Source: an uncultured Enterobacteriaceae bacterium (lineage in GTDB: Bacteria > Pseudomonadota > Gammaproteobacteria > Eutrophobiales > Eutrophobiaceae). From it: DNA of 31,069 bases. Positions 12,061 to 23,176 of this stretch are shown here, piece by piece (within the stretch, counting starts at the first letter, position 1; every line of letters begins with the position of its first letter). The notes under the pieces are model-generated. The model was not told the origin of the DNA and did no database searches. It saw only the letters and a program-made list of their open reading frames with translations. The position numbers and the translations under genes are program-made. The DNA lies in NCBI GenBank assembly GCA_964394115.1, contig CAYMXG010000002.1, positions 1 through 31,069 of the forward strand, given 5' to 3'.

Positions 12061-12303
12061 GTGCCGCCCGAGTTTACGCTGCTGACGCGCGCAGATTGCA
12101 GCCTGTGCGCGGAGATGCGCGCAGAGCTGCATGCCCTCGCGGACGGCAGGTCCTACCGCTGCCACATCCAGGATGTGGATGACGACGACAATACGCGCAC
12201 AAAGTGGGGATTGCGCGTGCCGGTGCTGCTTTGCGGCCGGCGCCTGGTCTGCGAAGGCAGATTCAATCCCGCACGCGCAGAACAGGAGTTCGGCGCCGGC
12301 TGA
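12061..12303 (+). CDS. Small glutaredoxin-like protein (DUF836 type, CxxC), 80 aa
   Basis: GTG 12061, in frame with ORF 11860..12303: PPEFTLLTRADCSLC...DVDDD...WGLRVPVL; thioredoxin-fold CxxC and cis-Pro VPV; typical position between degP and lepA. Confidence 0.8.
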   Translation: MPPEFTLLTRADCSLCAEMRAELHALADGRSYRCHIQDVDDDDNTRTKWGLRVPVLLCGRRLVCEGRFNPARAEQEFGAG

Positions 12304-12340
12304 ATGGCAAGCCCCTGCGACTCCAGCCGGGCGTAATGGT

Positions 12341-12368
12341 TTGTGTAAACGCGCGGATCGGCTAGAAT
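12341..12368 (+). promoter_or_regulatory. Putative sigma70 promoter of lepA (TTGTGT-N16-TAGAAT)
   Basis: TAGAAT at 12363-12368 followed by a GC-rich discriminator, about 95 nt before the lepA start. Confidence 0.5.
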
Positions 12369-12463
12369 CGCGGCCCGCTCGCACAATCCATCCCCGTCGC
12401 GCAGCAAAGTTGCAGTGAAGTGGCGCAACCCGCGCTGCATGTTCAACAGGAACTGAATTCCAC

Positions 12464-14260
12464 GTGGACCACATACGCAACTTTTCCATCATTGCCCACA
12501 TCGACCATGGAAAATCGACGCTGGCAGATCGATTCATCCAGCTTTGCGGGGGTCTGAGCGCACGGGAAATGCACGAACAGGTGCTCGACTCCATGGATCT
12601 CGAGCGCGAACGCGGCATTACCATCAAATCACAGAGCGTGTGCCTGGACTACAAGGCGCGGGATGGCCGCGATTACCAGCTCAATCTCATTGATACCCCC
12701 GGCCACGTGGATTTCAGCTACGAGGTGTCCCGTTCGTTGTCAGCGTGCGAAGGGGCTCTGCTCGTGGTCGACTCCGCACAGGGCGTTGAGGCCCAGACCG
12801 TGGCCAATTGCATGACCGCCATCGCCGCCAACCTGGAGATCGTCCCGGTCCTGAACAAGATTGATTTGCCCGCCGCAGAGCCGGATCGCGTGGCCCGGGA
12901 AATTGAGGAGATCATCGGCATCGAGGCCCGCAATGCGTTGCGTGTCAGCGCCAAGTCCGGCGAGGGCGTCCCGGAGTTGCTGGAGGAACTGATCGTACGG
13001 GTACCGCCGCCGCGGGGCAATCCTGCCGGTACGCTCAAGGCGCTCATTATTGATTCCTGGTTCGACAATTACCTTGGAGTGGTCTCACTGGTGCGCGTCG
13101 TGGATGGGCGGATTGGCCAGGGTGACAAGATCCGCGTACTGTCCACCGGCCGTGACCATGAGGTCACGGAACTCGGCGTCAAAACACCGAAGCGCCTGCG
13201 CAAGAATGCATTGGAAGCCGGAGAAGTGGGCTACGTGGTGGCCGGGATCAAGGATATTCATGGCGCCCCCGTGGGGGACACTCTCACATCGGCGCGGAAT
13301 CCCGCCACTGAACCCTTGCCCGGTTTCCAGGCCATCAAACCGCGCGTGTTTGCAGGTTTATACCCGGTGGACTCCGCGAACTACGAGGACTTGCGCGACG
13401 CGCTGGCGAAACTGCGGCTGAATGACGCCGCGCTGAACTACGAGCCCGAGACCTCCCAGGCGCTTGGATTCGGTTTCCGCTGCGGATTTCTGGGCATGCT
13501 GCACATGGAAATCGTGCAGGAGCGCCTGGAGCGCGAATACGATTTGAACCTGCTTACCACCGCACCCACGGTGGTATATGAAGTGCTGTCAACGAACGGC
13601 GAAGTCATCCTGGTGGACAACCCGGCCAACCTGCCGCCGCAGGATCAGGTGGCGGAGATTCGCGAACCCATAATCAATGCCGATATCCTGGTGCCGCAGG
13701 CCTATCTGGGCAATGTGCTGGGCCTGTGCATCGAGAAGCGCGGCGTGCAGAAGAAGATGCTGTATGTCGGACGGCAGGTCGCACTGAGTTTTGAAATCCC
13801 CATGAACGAAGTGGTGCTGGATTTTTTTGATCGGCTGAAATCCGCCAGCCGGGGCTATGCCTCCTTCGACTACCAGTTCCTGCGCTATCAACCTGCCGAC
13901 ATGGTCAAACTCGACATCCTGATCAATGCTGAAAAGGTGGATGCACTTTCGAGCATCGTGCATCGGGAATTTGCGCCGCGCCGCGGCCGTGAGTTGACGG
14001 AGAAGATGAAGGAATTGATCCCGAGGCAGATGTTCGAGATAGCCGTTCAGGCTGCCATCGGATCCAAGATCCTGTCCCGGGAAACCATCAAGGCTTTGCG
14101 CAAAAACGTGCTGGCAAAATGCTACGGCGGCGACATAACCCGCAAACGAAAGTTGCTGGAAAAACAGAAGGAGGGCAAGCGGCGCATGAAGCAATTCGGC
14201 ACCGTTGAGATACCCCAGTCCGCCTTCATGGCCATCCTGCACGTGGGTAAAGGCCAGTGA
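12464..14260 (+). CDS. lepA: Translation elongation factor 4 (LepA)
   Basis: [61 protein letters not shown]; AGGA SD. Confidence 0.99.
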   Translation: MDHIRNFSIIAHIDHGKSTLADRFIQLCGGLSAREMHEQVLDSMDLERERGITIKSQSVCLDYKARDGRDYQLNLIDTPGHVDFSYEVSRSLSACEGALLVVDSAQGVEAQTVANCMTAIAANLEIVPVLNKIDLPAAEPDRVAREIEEIIGIEARNALRVSAKSGEGVPELLEELIVRVPPPRGNPAGTLKALIIDSWFDNYLGVVSLVRVVDGRIGQGDKIRVLSTGRDHEVTELGVKTPKRLRKNALEAGEVGYVVAGIKDIHGAPVGDTLTSARNPATEPLPGFQAIKPRVFAGLYPVDSANYEDLRDALAKLRLNDAALNYEPETSQALGFGFRCGFLGMLHMEIVQERLEREYDLNLLTTAPTVVYEVLSTNGEVILVDNPANLPPQDQVAEIREPIINADILVPQAYLGNVLGLCIEKRGVQKKMLYVGRQVALSFEIPMNEVVLDFFDRLKSASRGYASFDYQFLRYQPADMVKLDILINAEKVDALSSIVHREFAPRRGRELTEKMKELIPRQMFEIAVQAAIGSKILSRETIKALRKNVLAKCYGGDITRKRKLLEKQKEGKRRMKQFGTVEIPQSAFMAILHVGKGQ

Positions 14261-15033
14261 TCTTCGATTTTTCCGCGTTGCTGGTGATCCTGACGCTGGT
14301 CAGCGGCCTGACCTGGGGACTGGACGCATGGCTGCTGGCGCCGCGGCGCCAGCGCGGGACCAGTGCAACGGACGCCATGACAACTGACCCCTGGTGGGTC
14401 GAATATGCCCGTTCATTTTTTCCGGTGTTCCTGATTGTGTTGTTGCTGCGTTCCTTCCTGGTGGAGCCGTTTCGCATACCGTCGGGGTCCATGATGCCGA
14501 CCCTGTTGATTGGCGATTTTATCCTGGTCAACAAATACGAATACGGAATCCGTCTCCCGGTACTGAATAGCAAACTGGTGGAAAACGGGCGGCCCGGGCG
14601 CGGCGATATCATTGTCTTTCGTTATCCCGAGGACCCTTCCGTGCCGTTCATCAAACGGGTCGTGGGCGTGCCGGGAGACCATGTTGTTTACCGTGACAAG
14701 ACCCTGTACCTCAACGGCGAGCCGGTGCCGCAACTGGCGTCGGAAACCGGTGCCGATCACGCCGGCCCGGCGCTGCCTCAGACCGAGGAACTGGGTGGGG
14801 TCAGGCATCAAATCCTGGTCGACCCATACCGCCGGGGCCCCGAGGCAGACACCCTCGTTCCGGAGGGTCATTACTTCGTACTTGGAGATAATCGCGATAA
14901 CAGCCGCGACAGCCGTTATTGGGGCTTCGTGCCGGATAAAAACCTTATTGGCCGTGCCTTCTTTATCTGGATGAACCTCAGCTTCAAAAACGGTGGCGTC
15001 AAATGGAAGCGAATTGGTACGATACTGAGGTAA
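14257..15033 (+). CDS. lepB: Signal peptidase I
   Basis: Two N-terminal TM segments, Ser motif [10 protein letters not shown], Lys motif [21 protein letters not shown]; GTGA overlap with lepA. Confidence 0.98.
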   Translation: MIFDFSALLVILTLVSGLTWGLDAWLLAPRRQRGTSATDAMTTDPWWVEYARSFFPVFLIVLLLRSFLVEPFRIPSGSMMPTLLIGDFILVNKYEYGIRLPVLNSKLVENGRPGRGDIIVFRYPEDPSVPFIKRVVGVPGDHVVYRDKTLYLNGEPVPQLASETGADHAGPALPQTEELGGVRHQILVDPYRRGPEADTLVPEGHYFVLGDNRDNSRDSRYWGFVPDKNLIGRAFFIWMNLSFKNGGVKWKRIGTILR

Positions 15034-15111
15034 CCAAGGCGGCCCCGATTCCACGCGCAGGGGCGTGAACCCGGCCCGACACCCCGAACATCTGATTAGA
15101 GGAAGCTGGCA

Positions 15112-15528
15112 ATGAAAACGACTCGCAGCAGGCAAATGGGACTGACGATGATCGGTCTGATTTTCATTCTGTCATTCATCGGCATCGTGGTTTTGTTCGT
15201 ACTGCGCGCTTTTCCGCTCTATAACGAAAAATTCCAGGTGATAGCGGCCATGAATTCCGCAGCTTCGCAGGCAACTGAGTCTATGCAGGAACGGGAGGTT
15301 GCAATGTCGTTTTTGAAAAGTCTTCAGGCGACCACGAACATACAGCGCTTTACCGACCGGAACCTCAAGGAGTATGTAGAGGTCGTAAAGGCGGAAAAAA
15401 AGGGCGAACCAAAACAATTACGTGTGCATTTCCAGGCCACCAACGTCCTCGCCAAGGACCTCAACCTGATGCTTGCCTTCGACCATTCGGTTCCCATTCG
15501 AGGCATCTCTGCGGATGGCGGCGATTGA
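15112..15528 (+). CDS. DUF4845-type membrane protein with a prepilin-like N-terminus
   Basis: RQMG-LTMIGLIFILSFIGIVVLFVL N-terminus; lepB-X-rnc position; GAGGAAG SD. Confidence 0.75.
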   Translation: MKTTRSRQMGLTMIGLIFILSFIGIVVLFVLRAFPLYNEKFQVIAAMNSAASQATESMQEREVAMSFLKSLQATTNIQRFTDRNLKEYVEVVKAEKKGEPKQLRVHFQATNVLAKDLNLMLAFDHSVPIRGISADGGD

Positions 15529-16204
15529 CCCTCTGGAGAGTATCTCCGCCAGATTCGGTTACACATTCAAGAACGGCGCGTTGCTGGAAACCGCGCTGAC
15601 CCATCGCAGCGCTGAGGGCTCCAACAACGAGCGCCTGGAGTACCTGGGCGACGCGATTCTCAACTTCGTCATTGCAGAGGCGCTTTACCAGGCCCTGCCG
15701 CGCGCTCCCGAAGGGGTACTGACACGGCTGCGAGCCTCACTGGTAAAGCGGGAAACCCTTGCGGATATCGGCCGCGAGTTGGAACTCGGCCATGTGATAA
15801 GGCTGGGAGGGGGGGAGAAAAAGTCCGGTGGGTGGCGGCGTGACTCCATCCTGGCCAATACCGTGGAAGCCCTGCTCGGGGCCATTTACCTTGATTCGGA
15901 CCTGCCCGTATGCCGCGCCGCGATCCTGAGGGTTTTTTCCAGCCGGCTCGCCAGTCTGCCGGACCAGGACCAGGCCAAGGATCCGAAGACCACACTGCAG
16001 GAGTTCCTGCAGGCCCGGCACCTGCCTTTGCCCGCCTATCGTGTAATTGAAGAAGCGGGGGAGGCCCACGAGCGTCTGTTTCGTGTCGAATGCCTGGTGG
16101 CTGATCTGGATACCCCCGTCATCGCCGAAGGCCGCAGCAAGCGCAATGCCGAACAGGCAGCGGCCTCAATGGCGCTGGAACGGCTCGGGATCCAATCTGG
16201 ATGA
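15515..16204 (+). CDS. rnc: Ribonuclease III
   Basis: ALTHRS, NERLEYLGDA signature, EALLGAIYLD, dsRBD DPKTTLQEFLQ...GRSKRNAEQAAA; ATG 15515 overlaps the upstream gene by 14 nt. Confidence 0.98.
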   Translation: MAAIDPLESISARFGYTFKNGALLETALTHRSAEGSNNERLEYLGDAILNFVIAEALYQALPRAPEGVLTRLRASLVKRETLADIGRELELGHVIRLGGGEKKSGGWRRDSILANTVEALLGAIYLDSDLPVCRAAILRVFSSRLASLPDQDQAKDPKTTLQEFLQARHLPLPAYRVIEEAGEAHERLFRVECLVADLDTPVIAEGRSKRNAEQAAASMALERLGIQSG

Positions 16205-17118
16205 CGGCCAATGGTACCCGTGAATCAAACCCGGCCTATCGCTGTGGTTACGTGGCCGTGGTGGGCCGCCCCAATGTAGGCAAGTCCACCCTGGTCAACC
16301 GGCTCATCGGGCAAAAACTTTGCATCACGTCGCGCCGCCCGCAGACCACGCGCTGGGCCGTACTCGGGATTCAAACCACGGCAGCCAGCCAGGCCATTTA
16401 CGTGGACACGCCCGGAATTCAATCCGGATCCGGTCAGGTACTTAGCCGGCATATGAATCGCGAAATTGATCATGCACTGGCCGGTGTTGACCTGGTATTG
16501 CTGGTGGTGGAGGCGCTGAAATGGACCGGCGAGGATGAGGCCGCCTTGCGTACCGCAAGCACCGGGTCGGTGCCCGTGGTGTTGGTGGTGAACAAGGTCG
16601 ATCGCGTTGAGAGAAAAAGCCGACTGTTGCCGTTTATCGCGGAACTGGCCGGGCGGGACGGTGGCAACGAAATCATCCCGGTGTCGGCCAGGACCGGTAC
16701 CGGCGTACCTGAATTGGAGCAACTCGTGCAACGGTTCCTTCCGGTTGCCCCGGCCGCTTACCCCGATGACACACTTACTGACCGAAATGAGCGCTTTCTG
16801 GCGGCTGAATTTATTCGCGAAAAACTGATGCGCAAACTGGGCGCGGAGGTTCCGTACCGGCTGGCCGTGAGCGTGGAGAAATTCCAGGCGCGGAAGGACG
16901 TTGCACATATACATGCCATCGTCTGGGTCGAATCGGAAGGACAGAAGGGGATTGTCATCGGCGCCGGCGGCAAGATGCTCAAGTCGGTGGGGCAGGAGGC
17001 GCGCCTGGATCTGGAGAGATTGCTGGGTCAGCAGGTCAACTTGAAGACCTGGGTCAGGGTCAAGCGGAACTGGCCCCAGGATCCCAAGGCATTGCGGATC
17101 CTTGGCTACGAGGCATAG
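16201..17118 (+). CDS. era: GTPase Era
   Basis: GRPNVGKST, PQTTR, DTPG, NKVD, KH-domain QKGIVIGAGGKMLK; ATGA overlap with rnc. Confidence 0.98.
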   Translation: MTANGTRESNPAYRCGYVAVVGRPNVGKSTLVNRLIGQKLCITSRRPQTTRWAVLGIQTTAASQAIYVDTPGIQSGSGQVLSRHMNREIDHALAGVDLVLLVVEALKWTGEDEAALRTASTGSVPVVLVVNKVDRVERKSRLLPFIAELAGRDGGNEIIPVSARTGTGVPELEQLVQRFLPVAPAAYPDDTLTDRNERFLAAEFIREKLMRKLGAEVPYRLAVSVEKFQARKDVAHIHAIVWVESEGQKGIVIGAGGKMLKSVGQEARLDLERLLGQQVNLKTWVRVKRNWPQDPKALRILGYEA

Positions 17119-17136
17119 TTGCGTGAAGTGACTGTC

Positions 17137-17859
17137 ATGCGTATCCCGTTGAACCCCTGTTACATACTGCACCTGCGGCCATACCGGGAGACGAGCCTGA
17201 TTGCGGACGTCATGTCCCGGGATCATGGTCGCATCACGCTGGTGGCAAAGGGCGCGCGGCGGCAGTCCTGCCGGAACGCGGGGCTGTACCAGCCCATGCG
17301 TCCACTCCAGATTGCGTGGACCATACGCGGCGACATGGGGACACTGACCGGAATCGAAGCAACGGTTGCGGCACAACCACTGTCGGGTCAATGGTTGATT
17401 GCGGCGTTCTACCTGAACGAATTGCTGATCCGGCTGCTGCACCAGCATGAATCGCACCCGGAATTGTTTGCGGCCTATGAGCGGGCGTTGAATGATTTGA
17501 GCGCAATGCGGCCGGAAGGACCGACCCTGCGGGTGTTTGAAAAGCACTTGCTGTTGAGCCTGGGTTACGGGCTGGTGCTGGATCACGATTTTCAAACTGG
17601 CCTGCCCATCGAGCCAGACACCACGTATTTTTACGCCCTGGACCGCGGACCCTGCCGGGAGAATGCCAATCGCACCGACGACATCCGGATATCCGGAGCA
17701 GCGCTGCTCGCGCTCCAGTCCGAGTCACTGACCAACATGGCGCAGATCCAGGAGTGCAAGCACCTCATGCGCGCAATGCTTGATGCACAGTTGGGCACCC
17801 GTCCACTGGGAAGTCGCAAACTTTACCGGCAGCTGGTCGACAATCGCAGCTCGAATTGA
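17137..17859 (+). CDS. recO: DNA repair protein RecO
   Basis: PCYILHLRPYRETSLI, GRITLVAKGARR, FYLNELLIRLL, FEKHLLLSLGYG, LGTRPLGSRKL. The alternative TTG start is 17119. Confidence 0.95.
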   Translation: MRIPLNPCYILHLRPYRETSLIADVMSRDHGRITLVAKGARRQSCRNAGLYQPMRPLQIAWTIRGDMGTLTGIEATVAAQPLSGQWLIAAFYLNELLIRLLHQHESHPELFAAYERALNDLSAMRPEGPTLRVFEKHLLLSLGYGLVLDHDFQTGLPIEPDTTYFYALDRGPCRENANRTDDIRISGAALLALQSESLTNMAQIQECKHLMRAMLDAQLGTRPLGSRKLYRQLVDNRSSN

Positions 17860-17927
17860 ACTTCTCCCGGTTGTGGTGCCGGCCACGGCATCGCACGACG
17901 GCCGTGGAACGGATCCCTGATTCAAAC

Positions 17928-17936
17928 TGCTAGAAT
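17928..17936 (+). promoter_or_regulatory. Extended -10 element TG-C-TAGAAT upstream of pdxJ
   Basis: TGCTAGAAT in the 115-bp recO-pdxJ spacer, after a 7-bp stem (CCACGGC 17883-17889 / GCCGTGG 17901-17907). Confidence 0.5.
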
Positions 17937-17974
17937 ACGCGCCCGAACCCCGGTCCCGGCCCGTATTGAACTCC

Positions 17975-18709
17975 ATGCATCCTCTTGAACTCGGCGTGAA
18001 CATTGATCATGTCGCAACTCTGCGGCAGGCGCGGCTCACGTCCTACCCGGATCCGCTGGCGGCGGCCGTGGCGGCGGTTGCCGGCGGAGCCGACTCCATC
18101 ACCGTGCATTTGCGCGAGGACCGCCGTCACATCCAGGAACGGGACGTGTTGCTGTTGCAGGAGTCCCTGCGCGTCCCCCTTAACCTGGAAATGGCAGTGA
18201 CCCCGGGCATGCTGGATTTCGCGCACAAGCATCGCCCCCGGTTCTGTTGCCTGGTACCGGAACGGCGGGAGGAATTGACCACCGAAGGCGGACTGAATGT
18301 GGCGGCGCAAGTGCCGCGTATCACCGACGCCTGCGCGCAGTTGCATGCGGCCGGCATCCGGGTTTCACTCTTTATCGATCCGGCGCCGGCTCAAATTGAT
18401 GCAGCCCGGGAATGCGGCGCGCCAGCGATAGAACTGCATACCGGCGCCTACGCAGATGCAGGCGACGCAGCTGTGCGGGGCCGGGAACTGGAAAGTATCC
18501 AACATGCAACCGAGCAGGCCTTGCGCCTGGGCCTGCATGTCAACGCCGGGCATGGGCTCAATTACAACAATGTCCGCCACATCGCGCGCATTTCCGGGCT
18601 GCGGGAACTCAATATCGGGCACAGCATCGTCGCGCAAGCGGTATTTGTCGGCATCCAGCAGGCTGTGCGCGGCATGAAGCAACTGCTGCTGGAGGCCCGA
18701 TCGCCATGA
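17975..18709 (+). CDS. pdxJ: Pyridoxine 5'-phosphate synthase
   Basis: [48 protein letters not shown]. Confidence 0.98.
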   Translation: MHPLELGVNIDHVATLRQARLTSYPDPLAAAVAAVAGGADSITVHLREDRRHIQERDVLLLQESLRVPLNLEMAVTPGMLDFAHKHRPRFCCLVPERREELTTEGGLNVAAQVPRITDACAQLHAAGIRVSLFIDPAPAQIDAARECGAPAIELHTGAYADAGDAAVRGRELESIQHATEQALRLGLHVNAGHGLNYNNVRHIARISGLRELNIGHSIVAQAVFVGIQQAVRGMKQLLLEARSP

Positions 18710-19086
18710 TCTACGGTGTCGGCATTGATGTGGTGGAGGTCAGGCGTATTGAAGACTCAATGGCGCGCTTTGGCCGGCGCCTGGCGGAAAAAATCCTGAG
18801 CCCCGTGGAATGCCTGGAGTATGACCAGAGTCCACGCAAGGCACGGTTTCTTGCCCGCCGTTTCGCCGCCAAGGAAGCCATGGTCAAGGCCCTGGGCACG
18901 GGTTTTCGCGCCGGATTGTTTCCTGGCGCCATCAGCATCACCCATGATGCCCTTGGCAAACCTGATTTCCTCCTTGCCGCCCCCATGAGTGCAGCCCTGG
19001 AACAAAGAGGGATCTGCAAGAGCCATCTCAGCATCACGGATGAGCGCGAGTATGCCCTGGCTTACGTGTTGCTGGAAAAAAAATAG
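18706..19086 (+). CDS. acpS: Holo-ACP synthase (126 aa)
   Basis: [34 protein letters not shown]; ATGA overlap with the pdxJ stop. Confidence 0.97.
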   Translation: MIYGVGIDVVEVRRIEDSMARFGRRLAEKILSPVECLEYDQSPRKARFLARRFAAKEAMVKALGTGFRAGLFPGAISITHDALGKPDFLLAAPMSAALEQRGICKSHLSITDEREYALAYVLLEKK

Positions 19087-19125
19087 CGCGGCCCATATGT
19101 CGCATCATCCTGCTCCTCGACCTGC

Positions 19126-20697
19126 ATGAGCGACGCCAGCCAGGAGATCGCCCGGCGCCGCACCTTTGCCATCATTTCGCATCCGGATGCGGGCAAAACC
19201 ACTGTCACCGAGCAATTGTTGCTGCATGGCGGCGCCATTCAGATGGCCGGCACCATCAAGGCACGCAAGGCGGCCCGGCATGCGACTTCCGACTGGATGG
19301 CCATGGAGAAGGAACGTGGCATCTCCATTACCAGTTCCGTCATGCAGTTCGTGTATCACAACACCATAATCAACCTGCTGGATACCCCCGGGCACGCGGA
19401 TTTTTCCGAGGATACCTATCGCACGTTGACCGCAGTGGATTCCGTGCTGATGGTCATCGATGCCGCCAAGGGTGTCGAGGAGCGCACGCGCAAGTTGATG
19501 GAGGTGTGCCGCATGCGCACGACTCCCATCATTACTTTCATCAACAAGCTCGACCGGGAAGGCCAGCCGCCACTGGACCTGATTGATGAAATCGAGCGCG
19601 AACTGAAGATTCGCTGCACACCGGTAACCTGGCCCATCGGCATGGGCAGCCAGTTGCGGGGCTGCGTGCATGTGGAGCGAAATGATGTGTTCCCGTACGT
19701 GAAGGGCAAACGCGAGGATCCTTCGCGACGTGCCGGGCTGACCCTGCAACAGGCATTGCAGCAGCTTGGCCCGGGCCACGAAGGCCTGGTGGAAGAGGTG
19801 GCCCTGGTTCGGGAGGCTTGTCCCGTATTTGATCAGTCTGCATATCGTGCCGGTCTGCTGACGCCGGTGTTCTTTGGTGCCGCACTGCACAACTTCGGCA
19901 TTGACGCCTTTCTTGAATATATCGTCCGGCATGCCCCATCGCCGCAGGCGCGCGTAGCGCGCGAGCGAACCGTGGCGCCGAACGAGGACAAATTTTCAGG
20001 TTTTGTGTTCAAGATCCAGGCCAATATGGATCCTGCGCATCGTGACCGCATCGCCTTTGTCCGTATTTGCTCCGGGCATTATGAAAAAGGCATCCGGCTC
20101 CGGCATGTGCGTATTCAGCGCGACGTTCAGATTGCCAATGCCCTGACCTTCCTGGCCGGCGACCGCGAACAGGTGGATGAGGCATGGCCCGGTGACATTA
20201 TCGGCCTCCACAACCATGGCACGATTCAGGTCGGCGACACCTTTACGCAGGGGGAGGAGATTACCTTTACCGGTATCCCGTATTTCGCGCCGGAGATGTT
20301 CCGGCGCGTTGTGCTCAGGGATCCTCTGCGATCCAAGGCACTGTTGAAAGGCCTGCTGCAGTTGGGCGAAGAGGGGGCAGTGCAGGTGTTTCGACCGCTG
20401 CTCGGCAACGACCTGATCGTGGGCGCGGTCGGCATGCTGCAATTTGACGTGGTGGCGTGGCGCCTTGCGGACGAGTACGGCGTGGACTGCAAGTATGAGC
20501 CAGTGGGAGTGGCAAGCGCACGCTGGGTCACGTGCGCGGACGAAAGAAAACTGGATGAATTCACCGTGCGCGTTGAGGGGCACCTGGCCCGTGATGGCGG
20601 TGGCGCACTGGCCTACCTCGCCCCCACACAGGTGAACCTGAGGCTGACCATGGAACGCTGGCCGGATGTCACCTTTCACGAAACCCGCGAACACTGA
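19126..20697 (+). CDS. prfC: Peptide chain release factor 3
   Basis: [65 protein letters not shown]. Confidence 0.99.
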   Translation: MSDASQEIARRRTFAIISHPDAGKTTVTEQLLLHGGAIQMAGTIKARKAARHATSDWMAMEKERGISITSSVMQFVYHNTIINLLDTPGHADFSEDTYRTLTAVDSVLMVIDAAKGVEERTRKLMEVCRMRTTPIITFINKLDREGQPPLDLIDEIERELKIRCTPVTWPIGMGSQLRGCVHVERNDVFPYVKGKREDPSRRAGLTLQQALQQLGPGHEGLVEEVALVREACPVFDQSAYRAGLLTPVFFGAALHNFGIDAFLEYIVRHAPSPQARVARERTVAPNEDKFSGFVFKIQANMDPAHRDRIAFVRICSGHYEKGIRLRHVRIQRDVQIANALTFLAGDREQVDEAWPGDIIGLHNHGTIQVGDTFTQGEEITFTGIPYFAPEMFRRVVLRDPLRSKALLKGLLQLGEEGAVQVFRPLLGNDLIVGAVGMLQFDVVAWRLADEYGVDCKYEPVGVASARWVTCADERKLDEFTVRVEGHLARDGGGALAYLAPTQVNLRLTMERWPDVTFHETREH

Positions 20698-20698
20698 C

Positions 20699-20719
20699 GC
20701 GGGTTACGCAAATACCCGC
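20699..20719. terminator. Short stem-loop between the convergent prfC and rne stops
   Basis: GCGGGT (20699-20704) / ACCCGC (20714-20719); no U-tract on either strand, so not a classical intrinsic terminator. Confidence 0.3.
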
Positions 20720-20734
20720 CTGCGAACGTCCGCC

Positions 20735-23176
20735 TTACCGGTTGCCGTGGCTGTCGTCGTCTGACCCGTGATTCGATTCTGAATCGGGCGCTGGAATGCT
20801 TTCCCGGAAAACCGGGGGCGGAGGCAGATCCACGTGTTGGGGAGTGACCGGCTGCTGCTGCCCGGTGAAATCCGCCCGCTCGACACGCTCTTCCCTCGCG
20901 CCCGGATCCTGCACCGGGGCAGATACGAATCCCGTTTCAGTCCCCGCTCCCGGGCGTGACGATGGTTCGGAACCATGGGCATCAGGTGCGCCTGCAGGTC
21001 CGGGACTCGGCGACTGCGCACCACCTTCATTACCGCCTTGACGTTGTCCGCCGCGGCCATGCCCCTGATGTTGATGCCCACCCCCGCGTTCACGCCCTTC
21101 ACCTCCGCGCCCGCGGCGCCGGCCTGACCTGGATCGACGCGGACGACCGCTGGAACCCGGGGGGTTCTGTGGCGCACTGCCCGGGGCTTCGTTGCCAGGA
21201 GACGGCGGGGTGGCGACATTCCCCCGATCATCCGGGCTTTCCTGCGGCACTTCACGCCGCGGTTGCTCCGGGCCACGACCCTGACGCTGGCCGCGATCCT
21301 GTCCATCTCTTCGCCCTTGCCGATCACTGTGTCCATGTCGATCGCGGCCGCCACGACCCGTACCACCCCGGCGACGGCGATTGGTATCGCCACCCCGATC
21401 CCGATCCCGCTGTGGCTCGCGTTGGCGCGGCGGAGGCGCGGTATTCGCCGCCAGCGCAGGCGGCGGCGCCGCCACTGCCGGCGGAACATCGCCTCCAAGC
21501 AGGGAACCAAACAACCTGCTTATCAGGCTCTTGCCGGGTTTCTTGACCTCGGTTTGAGGCGTTGGCACCGGGCGATCCGGAACCACGGGCTTGACTGCCG
21601 GTGCTTCGACCGGGCGGGGTGAGGCGTGGGTCCGCGTTTCCACTTCCAGGCCGGGTTGGACCTCGGCCAGGCGATAACTTGCCTGGCGATTACTGTCGTG
21701 CTCAACCTCTGAAAGACGGACGCGCGCCACCTGGTAATGGGGCGTTTCCAGCGCTTCATCCGGGACGATGACGATATTCACGTCAACCCGCGTTTCGATA
21801 TCCCGTAACGCCTGCCGCTTCTCATTCAACAGGTAGGTGGCGGCGGAAACCGGCAATCGCGCCACAATCTTGGCGGTGAGATCCTTCATGGCCTCTTCTT
21901 CGATCACACGCAGTACGGACAGCGACAGTGATTCGGTGCCGCGTATGGTTCCCTGGCCGTCGCAGCGGGGGCAAGGGATATGGCTGGACTCGCCCAATGA
22001 CGGGCGCAGCCGTTGCCGCGACATCTCCAGGAGTCCAAACCGGGAAATCCGGCCAACCTGCACGCGGGCGCGATCCACCTTCAATGCATCGCGCATGCGA
22101 TTTTCCACGTCACGCTGGTTGCGCGGATTCATCATGTCTATGAAGTCGATGACTATGAGTCCACCCAGGTCGCGCAGGCGCAGTTGCCGCGATATTTCGT
22201 CGGCAGCCTCGAGATTCGTGTTAAACGCCGTGTCCTCGATGTCCTCACCCGCAGTCGCACGGGAGGAGTTGATATCGATGGCAGTCAGCGCCTCGGTGTG
22301 ATCGATGAAGATCGCGCCGCCCGAAGGCAAACGCACTTCCCGGGAAAAGGCAGTCTCGATCTGACCTTCGATCTGGTACCGGTTGAAGAGAGGATCGCGG
22401 TCGCTGTAGAGCTTGAGTTTGGCGAGGTTCTGCGGCATGACCTGCTGCATGAATTCGCGCGCGCGATGGAAGGTGCCGTCATCATCAATCCAGATCTCGG
22501 CAATGTCATTGCGCAGATAGTCGCGCAAGGCGCGAATGATGACTTCGCTTTCCTTGTAAACCAGGAATGGGGCGTTGCGATCCTTGGCCGCCTCCATGAC
22601 TGATTCCCAGAGTTGGAGGAGGTAGTCCAGATCCCATTGCAGTTCCTCCGCACCTTTGCCGACGCCGGCGGTGCGCAGGATGATCCCCATGCCCTGGGGG
22701 ATATTCAGGCTGCTCATGGCCTCGCGGGCTTCGGCCCGGTCATCCCCCTCGATCTGGCGCGAAACGCCGCCGGCGCGGGGATTGTTGGGCATCAGAACCA
22801 GGTAGCGGCCTGCCAGGCTGATAAAAGTAGTGAGCGCCGCGCCTTTGTTGCCGCGCTCCTCTTTCTCAACCTGGACGATCAGTTCCTGGCCAACATCCAG
22901 TTCATCCTTGATGCCACGGCCTCGATCCCCGTTACGCGGCTTGAGCAGCGCGCGGGAGATCTCCTTGAAGGGCAGGAATCCATGCCGTTCGGAACCGAAG
23001 TCGACAAACGCAGCCTCCAGGCTGGGCTCCACACGGACGATGCGACATTTGTAGATGTTCGACTTCTTTTGCTCGCGCCCGACCGCCTCTATATCCAGGT
23101 CGTACAGGCGTTGGCCGTCCACTAGCGCCACCCGCAACTCTTCCGGCTGAGTTGCGTTGATTAACATACGCTTCAT
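20735..23176 (-). CDS. rne: Ribonuclease E (813 aa)
   Basis: MKRMLINAT start with AAGGA SD; S1 domain [26 protein letters not shown], Zn-link CPRCDGQG; membrane-targeting helix [13 protein letters not shown]; Arg/Gly/Pro-rich disordered C-terminus. Confidence 0.98.
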   Translation of the reverse strand: MKRMLINATQPEELRVALVDGQRLYDLDIEAVGREQKKSNIYKCRIVRVEPSLEAAFVDFGSERHGFLPFKEISRALLKPRNGDRGRGIKDELDVGQELIVQVEKEERGNKGAALTTFISLAGRYLVLMPNNPRAGGVSRQIEGDDRAEAREAMSSLNIPQGMGIILRTAGVGKGAEELQWDLDYLLQLWESVMEAAKDRNAPFLVYKESEVIIRALRDYLRNDIAEIWIDDDGTFHRAREFMQQVMPQNLAKLKLYSDRDPLFNRYQIEGQIETAFSREVRLPSGGAIFIDHTEALTAIDINSSRATAGEDIEDTAFNTNLEAADEISRQLRLRDLGGLIVIDFIDMMNPRNQRDVENRMRDALKVDRARVQVGRISRFGLLEMSRQRLRPSLGESSHIPCPRCDGQGTIRGTESLSLSVLRVIEEEAMKDLTAKIVARLPVSAATYLLNEKRQALRDIETRVDVNIVIVPDEALETPHYQVARVRLSEVEHDSNRQASYRLAEVQPGLEVETRTHASPRPVEAPAVKPVVPDRPVPTPQTEVKKPGKSLISRLFGSLLGGDVPPAVAAPPPALAANTAPPPRQREPQRDRDRGGDTNRRRRGGTGRGGRDRHGHSDRQGRRDGQDRGQRQGRGPEQPRREVPQESPDDRGNVATPPSPGNEAPGSAPQNPPGSSGRPRRSRSGRRRGRGGEGRERGGGHQHQGHGRGGQRQGGNEGGAQSPSPGPAGAPDAHGSEPSSRPGAGTETGFVSAPVQDPGAREERVERADFTGQQQPVTPQHVDLPPPPVFRESIPAPDSESNHGSDDDSHGNR

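Noticed and set aside
20704-21546. Alternative-frame ORFs over the rne C-terminal region (268 aa on -, 196 aa on +)
   Set aside because: Low-complexity shadows of a disordered region; the rne frame is continuous to its own stop and I saw no slippery site.
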